Below are positions 24,890 to 37,100 of a stretch of 64,000 nt of DNA, one piece after another; within the stretch, counting starts at the first letter, position 1; each line of letters starts with the position of its first letter. The DNA is from Podarcis melisellensis (lineage: Eukaryota), in assembly GCA_964234715.1 (NCBI GenBank), contig OZ174282.1; one strand, given 5' to 3'. A program made the position numbers and the translations under genes. The notes under the pieces are model-generated. The model was given only the letters and a program-made list of their open reading frames with translations. It searched no databases and had not been told where the DNA came from.

Positions 24890-27800
24890 TAGTCCCTCCC
24901 TTGTGATGTGGAGGGTGATGCCTGCCAGGGCTGGAGGGCAGCTGTGTCAAAGGCACAGATCAGGGGTGGGAAACCTGAGGTCTGCTGGAATGCATCCTTG
25001 CACTCTGATGACTCCTGCTTGCCTGGACGGATGATAGAGAACTGTGCGTCATGTGTGTGGAAACTAGCTTACTGTACAAAGGTAAAAGTTAACATTCATT
25101 GGCCCACCACCTCTGCCTCTGTCCCTGCCCACCATTGGCATGTGGTTTCTGTAAGGCTGCTTATAAGGGAGCGTAGTCCTCAGGTTGAAAAGTTTTCCCC
25201 ACCCTTGCCATAGATCTGCACAATGTGCCATGAGAACTGAGAGCAGAAAAATGGTCACATTGCAAGGGTCTGAGGAGAACCAGGCCCAGTTTGGTTCCCA
25301 GAGAAATGTGTTGTGATACATGTTTACTTTTTTTATATAAAACGCTTTTATACCAGTTTTCAGCCCTAACACACACACGCACCCTAGCAGTTTGCAAGAA
25401 AAGAAAATACCAGTTTAAACAATAACAGAATTAAAACTGAATGTTAAACATGACATTTAAAAAATAGGAAGAATGAATCAAAACCTTCAATCTCAATAAA
25501 GGCAAGAGCCAAGTGGAAAATAAACATTTTTGTTGCTCAACCTAAAAGCCATCAGGGCTGTGGCCTAAGAATCACTGGACAAGGTGAATTGGTGCCCTCA
25601 TCTCAGGCCATGATAGTTTCTTGTTCCTAGCAAGAACATTTTAATAATTCTCCCTAGAAGAAATCAGAAGTCAACGAAGATTTATACTTCTAGTCTATAG
25701 AAAACAGCACAATGACCTACTAAAAATCAGTGGATGGAGAAGAATTGGAAATTTGCAGGTTAGACTGGCTAGGGACACAACTCTGAATATCAATCCAATG
25801 GCAATCCAGTCCCCTTTTATTATATTGCAGCTCTTTTCCAAAGGAAGTAAGTGTATGTGGGTGCCTGCTACATGTGTATGTTTTTACTCTCTAATGATGG
25901 TGGTGTTCTATAAGATCCAATCCTGGGTTTAGATTTGAACTTCTCCAAGTCCAAATACATAGCTCTATCCTCAGGTTTCCCTCCCTCCTATTGGTAAATT
26001 CTTGAAAATCTGAGTTAATGGTCTTAAACCTGAGCCACTCCTACCTAAGCAAATGACATTCCAAAGCATTCTGTTTAGTTTCATTCCAGACACTAGAAAT
26101 AGTTCCCTGAGGGTCAGGAGACAAGGGACCATTGCCTCTTGTCCTCAGCAAGCTATGAAATTGGATATTGTGGGCTCTCTGATCTTGGCAGATCTTTGTT
26201 TATATAAATATGCCAGTCCTTCAAGGTGCAACAAGATTGTGTGTTTTCTGCAGCACACACAGCTCACCCTCTGGAATTTGGCATAATTTGGGGTGCCACC
26301 TTTGGCTAAGAATGTGGTTTATAAATATTTAAATAAATGTGCAGGAAACAAGGTTGATTGGGGATTTCTAAAGGCCGTTGTGTACAGAAAATAGCCAGCT
26401 GGAGTGTGGAGCAGTTCTGTGTATTCCCTCCTCTGCCCTTTTTTTTTTTTTTTGCCTTTCAGGCTCTTTCACTAAACCACAAATGATTAACATATGTGAA
26501 TAGGTAGGCTGGTGACATTTGTAATTGATTTACAAAGCTCCACTAAAAATCCCAAGGTGAACAGTTGCAACAAGAGATGGATTTCCTCTCGGAAGTGAGG
26601 AACTTTGTTTAGCCTGAGGGCCACATTCCACCATGGGTGAACTTCTGGGGGCCACGTGCTGGTGGGGAAAGTTGGTGGAACAAAGGATGTGACTCTTACC
26701 TTTGTACAGCAAGTTGCATTTCAGCTACAAAAAAAGCCAGAGGTTTCTACATATTCAGCCCCAAACACATGAACTACATCTCCATCCAGAATCCAGGCAG
26801 GCCAGAGGTATTATCACAGTTCAAGTACACATTCCTGCCAGATAAAAGCACTCAAGGGCATAGGGCATTCCACAGAGGCCCTATTTGGCCCACAGGCCAG
26901 AGTTTCCTCACCTCTGTCTTAAAAATCAAGCACGGCCCTTTTGTACAACTGTATTAGTTCTCCTGTAAACAGCAAGCGAGTGATCGTGAAGGAAGGACAC
27001 TTAGACAGCCAATTCTGGACAGACTGTTGCTTCCAGCACTTGGACAATAGGGCAACACCTTGACTTTTGCCCTCTACTCAATGTTTGATATGGGACAATG
27101 TCTCCTCTCAAAAATAAGACCTGGTCTGAAGGATCTAGAACAGAGGAAAGGCAGTCTTGTCTGTTTATTCCCATGGTAGATTCGTCAAGTGGGATAGCAT
27201 TTGGGGCAGGGATGGGGAATCTGTGGCCCTTCACATGTTGTTGGACTCCAGCTCCCATCAACCCCAGACAACATGGTCAGTGATGATGCAAGTTGTCCAG
27301 CAACATCTGGAGGCTTGCAGGTTCTTCAGCCCTGACTTGGGGGGAGGGTGTGGGGTGTCAATTGACTCAGCAGCTGTTGTGAGTGAAGAAGTGGTATAGG
27401 AAAGGTCCTACTGCTTTCAAAAACAGTGGACTGACCTACCAGTACATCACCCTCCACTGTATTAACCTGGTGTTGCTATACTTGGTGGAAGAGTAAGAGA
27501 TTGCCAGCAGCTCCAGCTTAAAGGAATGCAGTAGATATCAGGCCTTGGCCATTGCCGGTCATAATAAAATCATAACTATGTGTCTGACTCGGTACAAGGC
27601 AGATTTGTGTGTGTGATATTCCAGGTTGTGTTTTAGCAAATGGAGGTTGAGGAATGAGCTACACAGGAGCCCTTTGCAAGACAGCTGGGTTATGAGCCTC
27701 CCTTATTGATCATAACTTTGATCCTTCTCTTCATTTTCTGAGATGTTGTAGCTCAGCTAAGTCTATTGTTTTTGTGTATCATTGTAATTAGGGGTGTCGC

Positions 27801-28013
27801 TTTTTATAAACTTATGACTCAGTGGTTGTTTTGGTTACATTTAAAAAGTGCTTTTCCCACAGTCATTCCACCTCCTGCAGCTTTGATTCCCTCCTCCCTC
27901 TCCTCTCCCTGTACATTGCTCCCTGACATGGTTCCTTTTGCTCCCCTACTTTGTCCTTGATGCCATGCTCTTCTATTCTCTCCGCAGGGCGTCCCTCCAG
28001 GTGGAGCTCAACG

Positions 28014-28114
28014 ATGTCACTCTCAGTGCGGCCCCAGCGGCGCAGCCTGGTGGTCAGGATCAATAGGAGCCAATCGTTCGCTGGCGTCAACTCCACTCAG
28101 GACAAATCTTTCAG
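28014..28114 (+). CDS. RIPOR1: RIPOR1 coding exon 1 (ATG exon; exon starts at 27988 or 28001)
   Basis: [33 protein letters not shown]; polypyrimidine tract + CAG at 27985-27987; donor AG|GTAGGC. Confidence 0.95.
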
Positions 28115-31100
28115 GTAGGCCCAGAAAAAGCTTCCTTGGTGGAAATAGGAGTTGGAGCGTGCGGAGAACAAGGTGAATGGTGGTGTGTGATGCTTAAATG
28201 GCTAATTGCCTTCCCATCCCACCCAGGACTGAGAGTCATGCTGCTGTACATACATTTTAATTTACTGTGCATAATGTATTTTGTTTCAGCTAGTTATAGT
28301 GGAAGGGCTAGAATATGCAAAATGATCCAATCCCCTGGCAACTGGATGCCTTGCTCAGCCTCCCCCCAAATCTCCTGAGGTACTGCTACTGACCACATGT
28401 TCTTAAGCTTCATTCCCATCAGGACATGAAATACTTACTTTAAAATAACAAAGGTGAAATGCACACAGCTTTGTTCATAACATAGGACATTACTTCAGCA
28501 AGAACAGTGGCTGGCTTCTTACTTTGCAGTAGCAGGTGTATTCGCTCACTGCCTTTGCTCCAGAGATGCTTCAGGAAGCACCCCTACCTATATAAATTGC
28601 CATAATTATTCCCTATGTTGTTTGTTTGTTTGTTTGTTTAAGACATCTACATACCACTTAATTATTTGAATTTCTAAGTTGTGTACATAAAAAAGAAATC
28701 CACAGAAAATTGTACTATAAAAATTGGTCATAAAACTGAACACTACTTTAAAATACCTGCTGGAACAGGGAAGTCTTAGTCATGCACTGGAGATTCAGCA
28801 GGAAGGCTGCATGTCCCATCCCAGCTGAAAGAAAGTTCCACAGGCTGGGGCCCACTACATTGAATGCACAGCTTTTAGTAGTTACAAGCTGTGCATCTGA
28901 GCCATTTCTGCTTTTGAGGCTGTGCATCCCCACAGTAAGAGGGAGGTATCACCAAGCTTTTGGGAATCCCAAGCTTTTCAGAAGTATAGTTTCTTTCACC
29001 ATACAGTCAATCTGTGGCCGTATCTGCTGTCTGGGTGGAGAGTGCTTCTTAGCATGTGAAAAGGTGGAATTTTCTGAAAGCTGGGTATGGCACCAAAATG
29101 CGCAAGGTCTGTAGATAGTCACCTTTCAGCCTGTTGGGTGGGGTGATGAGGTGTTGATATGCTTGCCCCATTTTAAGAATGCTTGAAAACAACTTGTTTA
29201 TCTAGTGAATGCACTCCTAAGACAGTTCTGTGTTTCATTACCACTGGTTTAGAGCGGGAGCAGAATCCCTCGTGGGAGGAAGGAGTAGGATGCAATCTGA
29301 CTAACAAGCCAGTCCATAACATAGACACAGAGACCACATGTTAGAAGGCCCTTTATTTCTTTCTGTAGGAACATTTGGCAAGTGGATAATTTTTTCCTTG
29401 GCGAACTTGAATACGTGAGGCTGGATTCTTGAAGTACTGACCAAAATGAGCCAAGCTAGATGCAACAGAAGTTCCACTTGATGGTGAATGCTCTTGTTTC
29501 TGCAGTAATTAAACAGAGGGAGGGCAGGCCTGCAAACAAGTGCCATCAGCCCACCATACTCAGTGCCCTTATTGCCCATGGGCAGTGCTAGAACATTTAG
29601 GTTTAGGTCAGGGTGAGGCAGAAGGCGCAGGAGTGTCAAAATCCATAACATCAGATTTCTTTAATCACTTCCCCAATGTGTAGAACAATTCTGTAAATTA
29701 GTATTTCAAATCAGCAAACATTTTTGCAGCACAGAATTGCTCCAGATATAACATTCCACGTTTCTGCTGGTGAGCTTGGAACATCTGTGAAGAAGCAATA
29801 CCTGTTGGCTTAGCGACGGTTGCCATCTCAACCCAGAGACTGTTGACATTTGGAATCCTCATTTCTGTCAGTTGCTGTGTTTTGAAAGTTTAGAGCTGAT
29901 ATCAGAATTCCAGCTGTTGGAGTCATTTTGTGTTTCTTACCCTTGAAGGGAGTGGAGTCTACAAAGTACCGTACTGTTGCTTGTGAAGGATCATGGAAAA
30001 ACCTAAGCCTTTGAAAAGAAGCTACAGGCTTTCTAGTACTTATAGAAGTAAGGTAGCAAGTTATTTCCATGAAAAACAGAGATCTAGGTAGGACTACCAT
30101 ATTAGAGGCTTATTGGGTTGGTTGAAAGATAATATTACTTCATGTTGTACAGTACCAGTGCCTCCCAGTTGGCTTCAGTCTCCTGCTCTGTTCATCTCCT
30201 CACCTGCCTCCAAGTCTTTCAAGAGTACCAGTCAGGGGCTGATGTAAGCCTTTAAGTGCCATAGGCAAAATTAGTATAAAAGCCAATGCTGGATCATGAA
30301 GCTGTTGGGCTAAGAACCAATCCTTGGCCATTCTGCTTGGCTCTCTTTCACACCCCAATTCCAACTAGCCATGTTTGTCCTGTTCTGGGGTTCTGGTTTT
30401 GTTTTGTTGGTCTCCTCTGAACTTCTTAATGAGTGCTGGTCTTCAGCTGCTAGCATGCTGCTGCTTATGTCCAGGTTTACTGGGCTTTTCACCCACAACC
30501 TACTGTATCTGGGATTCTTTACTATTGCCCTGTCTGTTCCTGGAAAAGACCGTAGCTTACTGCTAGAAAGCATGCTTTGCGTGCAGTACATCCCAGGTTC
30601 AATCCCTGCCATCCCCAGCTGGAGGGATAAAATAGCAGGCGAGGTGGAAGGCTTTTGCCTAGACTGTGGAGAGCAGCCATAGATGAGGGTTGACAGTATC
30701 AGATTAAACAGACTTACGGTCTGACCTGCTACATCAGCTTCCTAGGTTCCTTTGCTATCAACACTTGTCCATTCTTCCTTCTTACCTCTGTCAGGAGCAA
30801 AAATGTCATGAACGTGATAAGCATGTACTTCCCTACTCGTTATCTGTTACTGCAGAAGACACGCTGTCATGGTCAGCTGTGTAAGGCTTCTAACAGCAAG
30901 GCATCTTTCCTAGTTCCAGTCCTCCATTTCACACATCTCCCAGCAAGATGCACAATTTCTAGACTTGGGACTATTCCTGCAGCACAAGGATGGGGAACTT
31001 GTGGCTGTCTGGTTGTTTATGGACTCCAGATCCCATCAGCCCCGGCCAGAATGGTCAGTGGTCAGGAATGATGGAAGCTGTAGTCAGTAACATATGGGTG

Positions 31101-34100
31101 GCTAAGGGTTCCCTGCTCCCGTTGTAGCAATAAAAGATTGACCAGTAACTCCCAAAATAGCATGGGATATTAATCTGGCAGCAAGAATTTGGAGCCTGAA
31201 TAAAATAATCTATTCTAGGGGGTGCAGGGATCAATTTAACAGTAACAGCCATGCCCATTAAACTAGTCAGTGTTGCTTAGAATCAAATTTAGCACATGTT
31301 TGAGAGAAAACAGGGTTTCATTTTAGCTGGAAGAGAAAAGAAGAGGGAATGAAATTCAAGAGTCAGGAGTTCATTGTGATTCTTCAGTTATACACTAGGG
31401 CAGGATGGGGAGTCTTTAGCCTGTGGGCCAAATTTGTCCTGGCGCAGGTTCCAATTTGACATGCACTATTTCTCTCAAACCATGACCTCCTTCCCCACAT
31501 CTGACAACATGTGTCATGTTAGTTATGGGGCAGGTAGAATTGTGGCTGGATCAGTTGTGCAACCAACTTCCCCATGCAGAACTCCATCATGCAGGTGATA
31601 CCTGCAAAAAGTAGGCTTGGAGTTGTTGCCCATCAGCTGATCAACCCTCCTAATCAGTGGCACTTCAGAGAATTTGCAAGCCCTGTGTACTGTTTTGAAG
31701 TCCTGATGATTGGACAGTTGGGGCACCCTGCTCACCTGTCAGATTTGGCCTGCTAGGCTAGGGTAAATAAGGATCTGGCCCACTGGACAGATCAAGTTCC
31801 TTACCCCTCTACTAGGGTACATGGAATACTTGGGTGACTCTACCAAAACAATCTGATCTGAGTTGTGACAATACTCAGGCATGTGCACTACTCTTTGAGT
31901 AAGGATCATCTTCCTTAGGATAGCATTTGTGAAGTGCTGCATGCTGTTCTCTGCTGGACAAATACTTTAAAGGGTTTAGAAGTGCACTTCCAAATGGCAC
32001 TGTGCAGAGTTGCTGGTTCTCTGTGGTTCTCCCCCTCCCCTTTTGTTCCTGGTAGTCCATATTACAATAGGGGATCCGGTTCATGCAGTCCGAGTGACCC
32101 ACTTTCAGGGTATAAAGCGTGGGAAAATGATCTTTACTGTGAGTTGGTTTTTTAGCATTTTCTGTGCTTTTAGCATTCGCTCTAAGCAGCAGCAGTGGTG
32201 TGGAAAGCTTCCTCCTGAGTGCATGTATTTTTGTGATAGGTGCTCTGCACTGTGAGTCAAAGCTCTCCCCCCCACATGGGTACACTCACTCCATTGTTTT
32301 AAGAGTCAGCCCGGCTCCATGACGTCATGCTTTGCTTGAGGATTTTTATTTTTATTTTTTTAGGAATTTCCCTGCCTTCAGCACCCCAACGGTCTCCAGG
32401 AAGTCTGGCTCCAGGGTCAGTAGGATGTTTTCAATGTCCCACAAATCCCCTCCACCCAAGGTGCCCCAGCCGGAGCGACTCGACGAAGTGTACGAAGCAC
32501 TGAAGAAGGGACTGACGTGAGTGATGCTGCTGCCAGAAGTCCCACCCTCTTAACCTATGGCTTGGGTTTCATTGAAACCCTCTTAACCTATGGTGCCTGT
32601 TTCATTCTTGGGTTTCATTGAAACCCTCTTAACCTATGGTGCCTGTTTCATTGAAAATTGTTTAATGCCATCTTTCTATCACATGTTGATGTTTGAGGCT
32701 CCCTAGAATGAATGTTGGAATGCAAACTCACTAGCAGTACAAACCCAACAGTGGTAGATAGAACCCAGATCTCAAAGGGGTGGGGTGCCAGCTGCCTAGT
32801 GATCATAACAAACACTAAACATAACCATAACTAACATGTGTATGCCCCAGCCTTTGTCAGCCCGGTGTCCTCCAGATGTTTTGGACTACAACTCCCATCA
32901 GCCCCAACCAACTTTCTCAGGCCCCTCCCACCTGTCAAAACTGGTCTGTGGAGGGTGGGATAGTTTTTTGCCCTGCCTCCCTCTGTACACACACAGTATA
33001 ATATTTCTTCCCACACAACAATGCACTACGTACCTGCATATTCCCTCTCCCCACCAACTCTCCAAATGTATGTTTGAGTCAATGAGGGTACATGCAGGCA
33101 AGTAGCACGGTATGTTTGCTTAAACCTTAGTCTATACCAGTAGCCTTCTCAGTGAAGCTGGTGAACCGAAAGCTCTGCTGGACACAGCTGAACTGGGCAC
33201 AGCCTCCTGGGAATCTGGAAGCAAGGATTCTGTTTGGGTCCTTGCTGCCAAGGATAACATCCTGTAGATGTTTGAAAGAGTGGCCGGGATGCTGTCTCCC
33301 CATATCTCTTTACTTAAAGGGGAAGAGTCCTGCTGCTTCTGCTTACCCCATTTCTCCCCTAACAGTGCTTATCTGGAAGTGCACCAGCTGGAGCTGGAGA
33401 AGCTGAGCACCCAAATCCGCGAGTCCAAGAGGAATTCTCGATTGGTGAGTGGAGGGTTGGTGCCAACTAAAAGCATTCCTGCCCTCAGTGTATGCACTTC
33501 ATTCTCCCCAGAGTGCAGGCCTGGCAATAGTAGAGAGACTGTGACGTGTCAGGGAAGGGAAGGAGCCTTCTGGTACTGTTTGTTTTGGAGCCTTTGCCCT
33601 CTCACTCAGCATTGGCTTCTGCCATGTTTGTAGCCTCTCAGCAGTTCTGATCCTGAGGGTGCTTCCCTAGAGCTATGGGGCAGACGACAGTTCTTGGGAC
33701 ACATATACTGTACATGCTTTTTGGGAACAGCTGGTGCTGGCCACCAACTTGAAAATGGTGTTCGACAACTTCATCGGGGAGAAGGATAACAGTAGCAACT
33801 GATCTGTGATGAATGGATTTTATCTCCCAATATGGGATGCAGTGTGCTACTGAATACAACTTGTTGGTGATCGTAAGCAGGAGAAGGCTATTGCATTCAT
33901 GCTTGTGGTATTACCATAGGCATCTGGCTGGCCACTGTGGGAAACTGGATGTTGGACTAAGTAGGCCTTTGGTCTAATCCAGCAGGGCTGTGTATTCAGC
34001 AATCTTTTTTTTCTGACCTCTGCCTAACCTTCACCTTCTCCTTGTTTTCTCCTCTAGGGCTTTCTGTACGATCTTGATAAGGTAAGGCATGCTGCGAAGG

Positions 34101-37100
34101 AAATTGTGCTTGCCCTGGATTGCGGGTGGGGGAGAGCTTGCCAACCCGTTGAGTTCTGTATCCCTTGGATGCAAGACATTGAAGCTTCTGGGCCTTGGGT
34201 TGCATCTCTTATCCCTGCCTTTGCTAGCACAGAAAGTCAAGTTACTTGACTTCAGTGGTGCTTCTCTCCTGCTGCTTCTGCTGCTTTCCTTCAGATGTCA
34301 CTTCCTGAATCCTTTGTTTGGCCAACTGCCTTAAGAGCCAAGCTAGATGTGACGCAGGAGTTCTGCATCTCTTTTCACTGTGTTTCTCTTTAAAAGCTGC
34401 CTCGGAAGTCGTAATCAAAAGCAGAAGAGGGGAAGGAAGAAATGCTTGATCCTGCATTTCTGATCTCTTCAGCTGCTTTCTCAAATGCAGGGGAAGATAT
34501 CCTGGGGGTGGGGGAAGAAGCTTGGGGATGTCTGTTTTGAGCTTTGTACAATGGCTATAGACTAAGGAGTGAAGCAGTTTCTCCTGCACCCTGCTGGCCC
34601 TTCCTTGGCTCAGACTGGCAGCTTATGAGGTTGCTTTTGGTTTATAGTGGAGCAGATGATAACTTCCCCACCTTGGAGAGGGGTGGAAAGTGGTTCCAAG
34701 ACAGGTATTGCTACTTTCATATCAAAAGAGTAGGATCGTCTACAAAAAAAGTGGATGTAAACACCCTATCCTGCTCTTTTGCATCTGATAAACAGTTCTT
34801 GCAAGACTTTGCATTGTTTCAAAAACATGCAAAACCTGTTCAGTGAGACATGAAGTGAATAAAAGAAATACCATTAGGTAAATACCTTGCGAAATCTCTC
34901 TTGAGCCAGTTGCAACTCTCTTATAAAAACTATTTGCCTATCTCCAGCCTGAGGTTAGTCTGTGTATTAGCTGCAGCAGTAACTTCTGGTTGTGGGGCCA
35001 GGAGAACATAAAGAAATCAAGGGGGCAGTTTTTTCAGTTTTAACTCAGGCATCCCTTGGCTGAAGCTGCTCTTTTCCAAGAAGTTTCCTTGAGGAACTGA
35101 AGGCAAAAATAAAAAATAAATATGCTAGAGACATAAGGAAAAGGGGTAGCTAATTTATCTTTTAAATAGGTAATGAAATCTCAAAATACTAATGCTAACG
35201 TCAAAATGATGAAGTTTCAAAGTTAGTTTCTAATCTCTTTTCTTCCCGGTGCATGACATAAAGGAAACCAGTATATTTGCTAAATGTGGTAACTGGGAGG
35301 GAAACAGTCATGGGCTAGTCCTCATTACAACTTACCGTATTTTTCGCTCTATAGGACGCACTTCCCCCCCTCTAAAAATTACGGGGAAATGTGTGTGCGT
35401 CCTATAGAGCGAATGCAGGCTGCGCGGCTAAGCCCAAAGCCAGAACAGGGAGACGGAGCGCTGCGCAGTGCTCCGTTTTGCTGTTCTAGCTTGGGGTTGG
35501 CTGCGCAAAGCCTCTGCAGGGCAGCAGGGTGCCTTCACCTATGTGTCTTATGGTCCAGTGCATCCTATAGAGCAAAAAATAATGTATATGCATCCTGCAC
35601 TCTGCCCTAAGCAACAAAAAGCACAGGAAATGAGCTTTCTCTTTGGGGGTCAGCTTTGCCTGGTGAAAGGATGCTGCATTTGGGCAGGCAGAGGAGGGCA
35701 GATGTGTGGTTCCGAAATTTTGAGTTAAAAAATGAGAGAAGAAAATGAGCACTTCCAGGCCTCCCTTTTATTTACAGTCTGCTGACCTGGACTTCTCTTT
35801 TCATGGGCATATCTGATATGATGTAGTGATGGCCTCTAATTTGATGGATTTTAAAAAAGAAAAGGAGTTGCATGTTTTTAAGATGTGCTTTCTGTTAAAA
35901 GTAGGAGGGAAGCATTGAAAGTGGGAGCAAACCAACCAGCTTTTTGCTTGGTGCCTAAAAGAAAGCAACTTTGCCTGTTTCTCCTACCCTCCTTTCAACC
36001 CTGAATGACTTCCTCTTGCCCATAAAACAGCAGCCAGTTGGAAGGACCCTGGCCACTTGCCCAGTGATTAACCTGAACTAGGCTATATCTGCGTAGCTTT
36101 AAATATTGTTCTTTTGCCAATGAAGATACATATCAGGAACTTGTTGCTCTAAAACAGATCAGCAAAGGAATCAGTTTAGCCTGTAAGCACCAATAATACA
36201 TCTATTGCAAATGGAAAGACCCCAATCCTTTCTTGCGCAAGCTGGGAACGTAGAGGATTTCTGGGACCTTCACTACTTAGTCAGTCGGATTTCCAATTCC
36301 TGTCTAATGGGATTTCCTTTTATTGTTTCACAGCAAGTCAAGTCGATTGAGCGGTTTCTGCGCCGTCTGGAGTTTCACGCTAGCAAGGTACCAGCTGCTT
36401 CTCAGCTTGTAAAACAGAATTTCTGTACTGAGAAAAGCTGAACTCTGTTACCTTTGAATATTATGCAGTTTAAGTATGTTTGTATATATTTGCTCATTTT
36501 GTATAGTCTCGCCGTGAGGCAGATAGCTATGTAGGGGACTGACATTCCAAGCAAAGGAGTCTGTTGTGTTCCATAGAGCACTTCATATCTGTAGTGGGGA
36601 AACTGTAGCACTCTAGGTTATGCTGGGTCCCAGCCCCCATCTTTCCTGACCTTTACTCATGCTAGCTGGGCCTAATGGGAGTCCACTAACAGTGGGAATG
36701 CCACAGGTTTCCCACTTTTGCTTTATGGTGGGAGCAGAAGAGGATTTAGGGAAGTGTGGCTGGTTTGGTCACACTGGGTGCAGAGCCTCAGGGGCTACAA
36801 CTTTGATGTTGAATGGAAGCCGGGAGGTGGGGGACACACACACCAAATTTTGGGTTTGCATAGGGTGCCACTGAAATTTGAGACCCTATTGAATGCTTCC
36901 GCTGATCTGAGTTCGTGGCAACCAAACTTTTGCCAAGCAGCCCCTCATCCTAGCTCTGTGGTTTACTTTCTAACAGATAGATGAGCTGTATGAGGCCTAC
37001 TGCATCCAGCGGCGGCTTCGGGATGGAGCCCACAACATGGTCAAGGCCTACACAGCTGGTTCACCTGGCAGCAAGGAGGCACGAGAGAGCTTGGCTGAAG

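Noticed and set aside
24908-25213. ORF beginning MEGDA.., like the CTCF N-terminus
   Set aside because: It starts at a GTG, similarity ends after five residues, and it lies upstream of RIPOR1 rather than downstream of the CTCF promoter.
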